Below, in pieces: positions 7,977-16,421 of a DNA stretch of 16,421 nt. Below the pieces are notes generated by a model. It ran no database searches. It was not told the DNA's origin and saw nothing but the letters and a program-made list of their open reading frames with translations. The position numbers and the translations under genes were made by a program. Numbering within the stretch: position 1 is the stretch's first letter; the number at the start of each line of letters is the position of its first letter. The DNA is from Octopus sinensis (Eukaryota), in the NCBI RefSeq assembly GCF_006345805.1, contig NW_021825207.1, positions 1 through 16,421 on the forward strand. Reading direction: 5' to 3'.

Positions 7977-8209
7977 TGTTGCTGTTGTTGTTGAGCGAAC
8001 GGTCTTCGTCCCTGTAGTGGGAGAAGTCCGAAACGTTGTCCTTTCCTATTCGTGAGCCCCGCAGAAGAGAAAGTAGGTCAACCTCCGACACCGAGAGCAT
8101 CGACGGATAGATGAGTGCGCATCTAGGCTGAGCGGTTGGGTAGGAAGTCGGAGACAAGAATCGAAACCGCGAGTCCGTTGCCCTAACCATTAGGCCATTG
8201 CACCTCCAC
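7977..8209 (-). mobile_element. Internally deleted tRNA-derived SINE with (CAA)n tail
   Basis: Head GTGGAGGTGCAATGGCCTAATGGTTAGGGCAACGGACTCGCGGTTTCGATTC aligns to the head of the 13531 copy but lacks TCGGAGGATCGCG and the central body; the 3' part differs. Confidence 0.8.
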
Positions 8210-8236
8210 TGCTGTTGATGCTGTAGTTAGTGAAAA

Positions 8237-8540
8237 CGCATGGCTTAGCGGTTAGTGTATTCGGTTCACGATCGTAAAGTCATGAGTTCGATTCTCAGCG
8301 GCGCATCGTGTCCATTTATTTCACGGAGATCCACTCAGCAAGCAAAAATGATCTCTACCCGTATTTCAAAGGGCCCAACCTTATCACACTCACTCTCTCT
8401 CTTTCACGCCGAATCTCCTCCAAAACTACATCAAGAGTGCGCATGTCCGTGCAGTGCTCAGCCACTTGCACTTCAATTTCACAATTTCTGTTGATCGGAT
8501 CAAATCGTAACCCTTGTCGTCATAACCGACGGAGCGCCCG
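8237..8540 (+). mobile_element. Near full-length tRNA-derived SINE
   Basis: A-box TGGCTTAGCGG (8241-8251), B-box GAGTTCGATTCTC (8284-8296). The 3' region GTGCTCAGCCACTTGCAC...GTCGTCATAACCGACGGAG is shared with 12647-12773. Confidence 0.85.
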
Positions 8541-8554
8541 TAGCTACGGATGGT

Positions 8555-8730
8555 CGTGTTGTTGCTGTTGTTGCTACCGCAGTTGCTTCTTTGTTGTTCA
8601 ACGACGATGTTAGAGTTGCTATTTTTGCTGTGATTGTGTTAATGTTGTTGTTGATGTTGCTGTTGTTGTTCACACGTTTTAGTTGCAATTACTGTTGTCT
8701 TTGCGGCTGTTGTTGTTGTTGTTGCTGTCA
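8555..8730. repeat. (GTT)/(GCT) low-complexity trinucleotide tract
   Basis: Direct. Confidence 0.9.
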
Positions 8731-8911
8731 TCTTCGTCTTTCCGCCATTGTTCCCTTGCCACCCCTACTCCTCCTTCTCCCCACCTCCCCCCACCACGTC
8801 GTATTTAATTCAGACATGTTTCTAACTTGTTCTCTTCACTCACCAATACGTCTTAATTAAAAATGACTGCCATTTTTAATTGCCAATCCCACCGTGTCCG
8901 GCGGTCGGACG

Positions 8912-9910
8912 GAGGGTGGTGGTAGTGGTGGTGTGGAGGCCTGGTTTGGGGATGAGGATGGGGGAGGGGGTATCGGTGATGAAGTTTCAGGTAAAATGGT
9001 GGTGATAGATGCTACTGAAATGAAAGCAGTAGCGGCTGCAGTTGAGGTAGTGATGGTGGTGGTGGTGATGATAGTGGTGGTAGTGGATATATTAATGGCA
9101 GAGATTCAGGTGATGGCGTCGGAATCACTGTTATTGATGGTAATGGTAGTGGTGGTGGTGGTGGTGATGGAGGTGGTGGTGATGGTGTTGTTGTTGTTGG
9201 TGGTGGTGATGATGATGGAGGAAATTGTACTGTGATAGTGGTCGTAATGGTGGAGATGATGGTGGTGCTGTTGGTGGTGGTAGTGGTGGTGGTTATGATA
9301 GATAGATGCCGATGACGGTGGTGGGGGATTCTGGGAATGAAAGAGTGGATGGTAATGTTATAGGGGGAAGTTGATAATGGTGGTGCTGATAGTTGTAGTG
9401 GCCGTAGAAGTCTTTGTAGTGATGGTGGTGGTTGTGGTGGTTATATTAATGGTAGTGAGTAAAGTAGTAGTTGTGTGGTAGCGATTGTAATGGTAGTAGT
9501 AGGTGGAAGTCGTTATTATGATAATGATAATGATGATGGTATCGGTGACCGTAAAGGCAGTTGTTGTTATTGTTGTTGTTGTTATGGTGGTGGTGATGGA
9601 TGCGGCGGCAGTACACACCCATTTGAAACACTGTTAAGGTGGAAGTTGTTGATCATGTTGATGGTGATGGTGATGGTGATGGTGTTTCTAGTACTGGATG
9701 TACTTCGTGGGGTGGTGGTGTTTGGTAGTGAAATGTGGTCTTGATGTTATAGATATAGTATCTGCTGTAGTTTGGGATCTGGTGAGAATGTAGGTTGGTG
9801 GTAGCAGTGACGGTGGTGGTGGTAGTGGCGATGGTAGTAGTAGTAGTAGTGGAGATGGAGGTAGTTGTAGTGGTGGTGGTGGTGATGGTGGTAGTAGTTG
9901 TGATGGTGCA
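8912..9910. repeat. ~1-kb cryptic (GGT/GAT/GTA/GTT) trinucleotide tract
   Basis: Strongly G/T-skewed period-3 sequence; the source of the V/M/G- and T/H-rich ORFs. Confidence 0.92.
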
Positions 9911-10081
9911 AAATCAACGTATCCACCTCTTCGTTCTCCGCTCCCCCTCCTCCTTCTCCCCCTAGCTTCCACTATACTGTCACGTGACAACAGGCGACGG
10001 CGCAGTTGCTTGCTGGCCGAAGTTGTATAAATAAATCATCCATTTTGCGAGTTGAGACTTGGCGGTTTCAAAAACAGAGCA

Positions 10082-10150
<69 letters not shown>
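10082..10150. repeat. (AAT)n microsatellite
   Basis: Direct. Confidence 0.97.
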
Positions 10151-10151
<1 letters not shown>

Positions 10152-10321
10152 ACAATAAATAAACAGCAAATAAGACAATAAATAAGGAAAGCACAAACCA
10201 TAAAGACAACAAAAAAAAGACAAAATAAAGAAATGGACAAAACGAAGAAAAAAAATAAAAGAAACATTGTGGACATTGATAATTACGGATTTGGTGTTTA
10301 ATTATGTAACATACTTGATAT

Positions 10322-10419
10322 TCTTGTTGTTGCTGTTGTTGTGGTTGTAGGGGAGGTGACGTGTTTGTCGATAGTAGCTATGTTGATGTTGTTGTTATTG
10401 TTGTTGCTGTTGTTGCTGG

Positions 10420-10476
<57 letters not shown>

Positions 10477-10620
10477 GGATGACGATGATGATGATGATAG
10501 AAGTGTTGAGAATGAAAGAGAAAGTAACATTTGTGACATTTTTATCGATAGAGATGTTCTGTTGTTGTTGTTTTTATTGGGGTTTTTTGCCGTTGTTGTT
10601 GTTGTTGTTGCTCTTGCTCT
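10322..10620. repeat. (GTT)/(GAT)n trinucleotide tracts
   Basis: Direct; near-pure (GAT)n at about 10420-10498. Confidence 0.95.
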
Positions 10621-10701
10621 TGTCGTTCATGCTATTAGCAATGTTAATGCTGGTCTTTTACAAGAACCACGATTTACATCTTGTATGCATTTAACGAACA
10701 A

Positions 10702-10864
10702 CCCCCCCCCCCAGTTGTTGACTGGTACTTTTATTTCATCGATCCTGAAATGAGGAAAGACAATGGGACTTCGGTGGGATTTGAACTCAAAATGCTAAGG
10801 AACGGGTCTAAATACCGCAGCAATTTTTGTCTGACGCCCTTACTATTCTGCCAATCCCTCACCG
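10702..10864 (-). mobile_element. tRNA-derived SINE (head plus central domain)
   Basis: Minus strand has A-box-like TTGGCAGAATAGTAAG, B-box GAGTTCAAATCCC, then TTTCCTCATTTCAGGATCGATGAAATAAAAGTACCAGTCAACAACTGGG, matching a recalled octopus SINE. Shares a 15-mer with 2189-2203. Confidence 0.8.
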
Positions 10865-10985
10865 GTGGTTTTCATCTTGTTAGAGCTGCTGCTGTTGCTG
10901 GTGGTGGTGGTGGTGGAAATTTTCAAGCCATCACCTATCCAGTCGACTTCCATCTTCAAAAGCATTCCAGTTGTGACCATCTCGC

Positions 10986-10987
<2 letters not shown>

Positions 10988-11050
<63 letters not shown>
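10988..11050. repeat. (TATC)n microsatellite
   Basis: Direct. Confidence 0.98.
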
Positions 11051-11357
11051 AAATATATAAAGATCTACTCCAATATATCCTACTTTATTTACGATAAAGA
11101 TTTGGCTGCTGTTACTACCAGGTCGAAAGGTAACGCAAATGTTTCCTCATTGATTCGTAGGTGTTCTTATATGCCATTGTTGTTTACAGAGATGTCTGTT
11201 GCTTAAGCTTTAGTAATGCTACCGCAGTGCTATTGTTGATTTTCACGTTGGATTTGCTGCTGCTATTGTTCTTAGTGAAAGTGTTGGTGGTGGCGGTTTC
11301 CTTACATTATTCTTCATCAAAGATAACGGTTAACAGGGAATTCTTATCCTTACCGTA

Positions 11358-11520
11358 AAAGGCACCCGTGCTGGTGACACGTAAAAGACGACACCTAGTA
11401 CACTATGTTGAGAGGATGGCGTTAGGAAGGGCACCCAGCCATAGGAAAAGCCAAAACAGACTGGGGGCCTGGTTGTAGTCAAACCGTCAAAATCATACCA
11501 GCATGGAAAACGGACGCTAA

Positions 11521-11563
<43 letters not shown>

Positions 11564-11615
11564 CGACGACGACGACGACGACGACGATGATTGATGATGA
11601 TGATGATGATGATGA
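11358..11615 (+). mobile_element. 3' end of an RTE-type LINE or its partner SINE, with (ATG)n/(GAC)n tail
   Basis: GGCGTTAGGAAGGGCACCCAGCCATAG...CCAGCATGGAAAACGGACGCTAAATGATGATG resembles the widespread RTE-associated 3' end with a short tandem-repeat tail (recalled). Confidence 0.75.
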
Positions 11616-11715
11616 CTGTAACATATGTAGACAGGATAATCTCCAGGTAAAAAAAAATGGTGAAAAATCAGAAAATCAGATTTGAAATTTACAAGACATA
11701 CATTGATAGTTTTAG

Positions 11716-11780
11716 ATTTCAACCGGTCTCTGATGGTGGCCGAATTTCACACGAGACTGGCCTTTTTCCCCGTACAAATG
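11716..11780 (+). CDS. Candidate exon 4 (65 nt; R-FQPVSDGGRISHETGLFPRTN)
   Basis: Acceptor gatagttttag|, donor ATG|GTATAT. Open in the phase-2 frame continuing from exon 3, and also in an alternative frame (DFNRSLMVAEFHTRLAFFPVQM). Confidence 0.4.
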
Positions 11781-11904
11781 GTATATATTCGTGATAGTTA
11801 TTATTGCCATCCAGTCTCATGGTTAAACATGAAAAAGCAAACGTTCCAGATGCGAATGATCTGTCCTTTATCTAAGCATTACACTGCGTAAGATGATTTG
11901 TGTC

Positions 11905-11906
<2 letters not shown>

Positions 11907-11950
<44 letters not shown>

Positions 11951-11952
11951 TG
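11907..11952. repeat. (GT)n microsatellite
   Basis: Direct. Confidence 0.97.
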
Positions 11953-12432
11953 CATGTTTCTGACCGTGCTCGTATGTTTCTGTATGCAAGTATGTATATA
12001 TCATGCAATAACGAAGCAGAGTAAGTTATCAAAGCTCCATTAGATCAACTTGACCCAAGAAAGACAAAGCACTGCTTGTGAAATTGAATACCTGATCATT
12101 ACAAACGGTACACAGAAAACATTAGGCTAAATATTTAACGATGTCTCTTGTTTCCGGGTTCAAACCACTTTACTGTCAAACGTGAGCGCTATCCTTATCC
12201 TTCTAATGACCAGAGAACATCAACCAATAAGAAATGGTAAACCAATATTCATTTCTAATACGAACAGCCGCAGTTTATTTCCAGCTGACGTTCTTGACTT
12301 CTGCGACACCCATCTTCCCACAAACGATTTGATCATCCTTCCACCATTTTCTCTCATCGTTTTACGCTGACGTCGCCGCCGCCGCCGCCACCACACCCCT
12401 TTCTTCTATTTCTGTTTCTTATTTTTCAATCT

Positions 12433-12433
<1 letters not shown>

Positions 12434-12482
<49 letters not shown>

Positions 12483-12521
12483 GCTGCTGCTGCAGCTGCT
12501 GCTACTACTACTACTACTACT
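12434..12521. repeat. (CTA)n/(CTG)n microsatellite
   Basis: Direct. Confidence 0.96.
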
Positions 12522-12646
12522 TAGGACTACTCGATATGTTGGAAACAGAAGGCAAATCTCCCGCAAATAACACTTATAAAAGAGAACGAGCAGACTAAGA
12601 TACAGTCGAAGATGCTATGCACACACACACACACAAACAGACATTT

Positions 12647-12773
12647 TGTCACACTGATTCTGTCTGAGAATTTCGTGAAAGGCACACATGTCTGTGGAAT
12701 ACTCAGCCACCTACACAGTAATTGAGGAGCAGGTAATCCAGTTAATGGTCCGAATAACTCCTCATCGTCGAAC
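12647..12773 (+). mobile_element. Diverged 3' fragment of the SINE family seen at 8237-8540
   Basis: ATGTCTGTGGAATACTCAGCCACCTACAC aligns to ATGTCCGTGCAGTGCTCAGCCACTTGCAC (about 8443-8471). Confidence 0.75.
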
Positions 12774-12951
12774 GCAAAAGATTCAACGGACACATACACA
12801 CGCGTGTACACAAACCAATACACACAAGTATATACGCATTTTTTTTTGTATGAAGTTATATATAAAAACAACAATTTAACTTTAAATCGAAAGATGACAG
12901 AACCTTTTTGGAAAATACATATTTATGAAATTTTACAACGAAAAGGTTGAC

Positions 12952-12993
12952 AGTGTCTTAGTAGTTTCGGTTTAATAGCCGTCATCAGACGCT
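12952..12993 (-). ncRNA. Degenerate minimal hammerhead ribozyme motif
   Basis: Minus strand AGCGT-CTGATGA-C-GG(CTATTAAA)CC-GAAAC-TA-CT-A-AGACACT: intact core boxes, 2-bp stem II, and mismatches in stems I and III. Confidence 0.5.
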
Positions 12994-13530
12994 ACAAACG
13001 CTCGATTATGCATACGAGGACGTAATTTATTGAACGTGCAAGTGTGTAAGCATGTTTTTTGGCATATACCTCGGCTGATACTTTGTCATGTTGCATACCT
13101 ATCCGGATATCGACAACAAGCTTCTGTCACATACAAAGATATTAAAATGCAACGGACATCCGAGAAGAAACTGTCATTCGAAATGCATCTGAAGAATTCT
13201 GTATTTAGCATAAAATGTAATCATCAAAGAGTAGCATTATTTTGCAATTGTATCAAAATGTATGCAAGAAACCCATCTAGGACCAAAACTCGCGTCGGGT
13301 TAATGTCCAATTTTTTATACATGGAGAAATAAAAAAAAAGACATTCAATTGTACATCATAACGATAACCAAAAATTTGAACTGCTTAGAAATGAATATGT
13401 GTGTGTGTGTGTGTGTGCGTGCGTGTGCGTGTATATGATTGTGTGTTTGTGTTAGTCCCCCCAACATCGCTTGACAACATATATATATATATATATGTTT
13501 ATATTTATATATATATATATATATATGCAT

Positions 13531-13836
13531 GTGGAGGCGCAATGACCAGTGGTTAGGGCAGCGGACCGCGCGGTCGGAGGATCGCGTTTCGATTCCAGAC
13601 CGGCGTTGTGAGTGTTTATTGACCGAAAACACCTGAAGTCAACGAGGCTCCGGCAGGGGGTGGTGGCGATCCCTGCTGTACTCTTCGCCACAACTTTCTC
13701 TCACCTTTCTTCTGTTGGCCTGCTCGCTTAGCCAGCAGGGTGGCGTCATTGAAGGTTAAAACAATGCGAAGTAATTGTGACCAGCGATGTGTAACAACAT
13801 CTGATAGCCTGGTCGGTCACGGTGATCACGGTGATA
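13531..13836 (+). mobile_element. Near full-length tRNA-derived SINE
   Basis: A-box TGACCAGTGG, B-box GTTTCGATTCC, body AACGAGGCTCCGGCAGGGGGTGGTGGCGATCCCTGCTGTACTC, ending in repeated CACGGTGAT units. Head is homologous to the 8209 copy. Confidence 0.88.
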
Positions 13837-13877
13837 TATGCATGTATGTATGTGTGTATTTATGTAAGTATGTATGT

Positions 13878-14094
13878 AAAGTTAATCCAAACATCAAATC
13901 ACAAAGAGAAAACACAACAACGCGAGGACGTGGAACAAGTATAGTATTATTGGACGCTCAGGAAAGGAAAGAAAGAAGGAGGGCTTAACGTTTCGAGCGG
14001 AGCTCTTCGTCGGAAACATAGAAAAAGTAAAGATCCAAAGTAGGGAAGACGGAGGAAAAAATCGCCAACGGTACACACGCGGTCACATTTTGAA
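13878..14094 (-). mobile_element. ~215-bp non-autonomous PLE-terminus/retrozyme-like element carrying a hammerhead motif, embedded in (TATG)n
   Basis: No coding capacity, contains the hammerhead fold at 13983-14017, and is flanked on both sides by TATG repeats. Resembles a recalled abundant octopus repeat. Confidence 0.65.
13983..14017 (-). ncRNA. Minimal type-I hammerhead ribozyme motif (U4 to C variant)
   Basis: Minus strand GTTT-CCGACGA-A-GAGC-TCC-GCTC-GAAA-CG-T-T-AAGC: stem I 4 bp (one G.U), perfect 4-bp stem II, palindromic ACGT stem III, GUU cleavage triplet. Confidence 0.7.
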
Positions 14095-14096
14095 TG

Positions 14097-14129
<33 letters not shown>

Positions 14130-14277
14130 TCGGATTTGTAAAATTAAGAGCTAAATTGTATCCAATATATTTAGCAGAGTTAATTCGAGGATGCTGGAAA
14201 GCAGAAACGGGAAACTCCGATGGCAGAAGGGAATACTTAGCTTTGAAAAATTCTGCCATACACAAACCCCACTTTCT

Positions 14278-14298
14278 ACACGCACGCACGCACACACA

Positions 14299-14343
<45 letters not shown>

Positions 14344-14515
14344 ACACCACATAAACACACACAAACATGCATGTATACGTATAGATACACACACACATAT
14401 AAATAGCATTTATACACTCACGTATATAAATACATACATGCATGCAACCATGTATACATACATACATGTATATGAATTTACGTGTGTGAGTGTTTTGTGT
14501 AAACGCATACACACA
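14278..14515. repeat. (CA)n and TACA-rich compound microsatellite
   Basis: Direct. Confidence 0.93.
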
Positions 14516-14994
14516 TACGTTCATCAGCCCCACTACGTAAACACAGCGCTTCACGTCTCAACTCTATCGTTCTTCACATCATCAACTCAGCTTTATTATT
14601 AATTATTCAGTTGAAATTGAGCGTCGAGAGGCAGGCGACCTATTCTTGCTGTCTGATTGATAAAGCTTCGCTGATATCTGCCAGTTGACACCTTGTCAAA
14701 TGGCCTTTATTTTTCACGTCTGCCTCATACGCAACTAAAATATGTTCACCGAAATATCTCATTAACTATTCATTGGCCGATAAACAATTTTCTATGCTTG
14801 TTCACCTATATACACATAAGAGAACTATTTAAAGATAAATTTATAAATATACATACATACATGCTCACAAATTCACACTGATACACACACATACACACAC
14901 GCACACACATACACGTATTTATACACCTACGTATACAGGTACATAGTTGCATATAGACACTAGATACTACGCAGAGGGATACATTTATAGACAG

Positions 14995-15159
14995 ATGCAT
15001 ACATACATATACAGAAACATCCCTATATACACATACATATGCATACATGTATATATATATATAGATATATATATATATATATGTATATATATGTATATAT
15101 TGTATATATATATATAATATGTAGGTATATATATATATATGTATAGATATATATGTATG

Positions 15160-15191
<32 letters not shown>

Positions 15192-15227
15192 CGGAGAGAG
15201 AGAGGAGAGAGATTAGATATAGATATA

Positions 15228-15266
<39 letters not shown>

Positions 15267-15290
15267 GCACGCCCACGCACACACATATGA
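14995..15290. repeat. (TA)-rich compound microsatellite
   Basis: Direct. Confidence 0.95.
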
Positions 15291-15444
15291 AGCATTAAAA
15301 AGTGCATAATATAACACCACAAGGCATTTCGTCCGTTATTCTACCGATTTGAAATTGAATCTTTATGTTACCATTCAGGTGATTTCTCATATCAAAGAAT
15401 ATGGCCGCAATATAATGGCATTACTGAGCTAAAAATACACAACT

Positions 15445-15448
15445 CACA

Positions 15449-15507
<59 letters not shown>

Positions 15508-15600
15508 CACATCCATGTGTATGTATCAGAATATATATGGGTATAGATATTACAGATATAGATATTGATACAGATACATAATACACACACAGAGCTACAT
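15445..15600. repeat. (CA)n and TA-rich microsatellite
   Basis: Direct. Confidence 0.93.
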
Positions 15601-16069
15601 ACATGGTACATACATTTCGGTACACGCAAACATGTATATACGTAACTGTCGAACAATGAGAATGAGTGCTCAACACTGCATCGGGGGATAAAAATTTCTG
15701 TTTCTGTGTATTAAAGCTACCATTGGTTTCATGCTAAGAAAGATATCTTAATATCTTAACAATTTTTCAAGCCGACTGCATGGGATGGGGGAAGATGTTA
15801 GTATATATATATATACACATGTTCAATTATGCGTGTTTGTATTTGTATTTGTATGAATTTCAACTGACCTCAGATAAAGTGATATTACCGGTTACTTCAG
15901 TGTTTAGAATTTTTCAGACAAAGTCTATAGTTTCGGAATCTGTTGAACTAAGAAATACAGAAGAATCTAATCGAAATTGCTACATGGTACTTTGATCCCA
16001 TTAGTCATCGAATTTTCCAGAATTACGAACAGAACGTAAAAGTTGTTTCTGTCCCTTAGTCTAAAGGAC

Positions 16070-16421
16070 TGCATATATTGACGACAACGCCCTTAAAAAT
16101 GTTCACGATGAATCACATATAATTCCTTTCGATTTGGGAATATAACTAAAGCAAATTTTTTTCATGGATCCTTTAATATTCTACTGTGCGTCCCTAATTT
16201 ACTTTTTCGCATGCGTGGATCTCAGGGGTCATATTGACCTCGTTTGGAAACAAACTCTTATAGATGATCGGAACATTAGTTCTTTGGAATAGAGAATTCT
16301 ATGGCGTTGTATACCGTCTTCACTACAAACATTGCAATATCAACCTCCTCATCTTACGAAATTACCAAACTAGCCTCTGTCACAAGCAACATCAATAGTA
16401 TCGCTATGCTTGGATCCATCA
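16070..16421 (-). pseudogene. Possible highly decayed retroelement RNase H domain
   Basis: Fragmented minus-strand translations in the expected order: DGSK (16420-16409), YCNVCSE, CSDHL, then KICFSYIPKSKGII. These resemble TDGSK...E...SDS...WIPSH.GI.GNE; many stops and frameshifts. Confidence 0.4.

Noticed and set aside
10040-10085. Possible LINE 3' end before (AAT)n
   Set aside because: Only vague resemblance; too short to support.
8591-10753. Numerous poly-V/L/M/D/T/H ORFs
   Set aside because: Translations of trinucleotide repeats with no supporting splice or codon evidence.
12285-12370. Candidate terminal exon (A-DVLDFCDTHLPTNDLIILPPFSLIVLR*) after a strong ttatttccag acceptor, phase-compatible with exon 4
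   Set aside because: Several alternative downstream exons fit equally well and there is no nearby poly(A) signal, so it cannot be chosen from sequence alone.
7801-13836. A/B-box sequences as real tRNA genes; repeats as a CRISPR array
   Set aside because: The boxes belong to SINE heads with no complete cloverleaf. There is no repeat-spacer periodicity and the DNA is eukaryotic.

Overview
Repeat-dense animal genomic DNA. The SINE families and microsatellite load look like a coleoid cephalopod such as Octopus; this is recalled family resemblance, not a database result. Most long ORFs in the track are microsatellite artefacts. The window contains five supportable classes of feature. (1) A CpG-rich segment at ~780-1680 holds two candidate head-to-head genes: a minus-strand spliced acidic ORF, and a plus-strand gene whose small exons (1466-1626, 3823-3900, 7324-7377, possibly 11716-11780) join in one open frame. 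I do not recognise either product. (2) DNA-transposon relics: a mariner deletion derivative, a Tc1 pseudogene fragment, and a complete hAT MITE with an 8-bp TSD. (3) A decayed Penelope-like retroelement (RT C-terminus plus GIY-YIG endonuclease) at ~5700-6609. (4) At least seven tRNA-derived SINE copies or fragments with modular heads and tails, plus a possible RNase H-bearing retroelement relic at the right edge. (5) Less routine structures: a ~292-bp near-perfect palindrome with a 2-nt spacer and nested hairpins (4681-4972), and two minus-strand minimal hammerhead-ribozyme motifs (13983-14017 near-intact, 12952-12993 decayed) in non-coding elements, suggesting a Penelope/retrozyme-like set of ribozyme-bearing non-autonomous elements.
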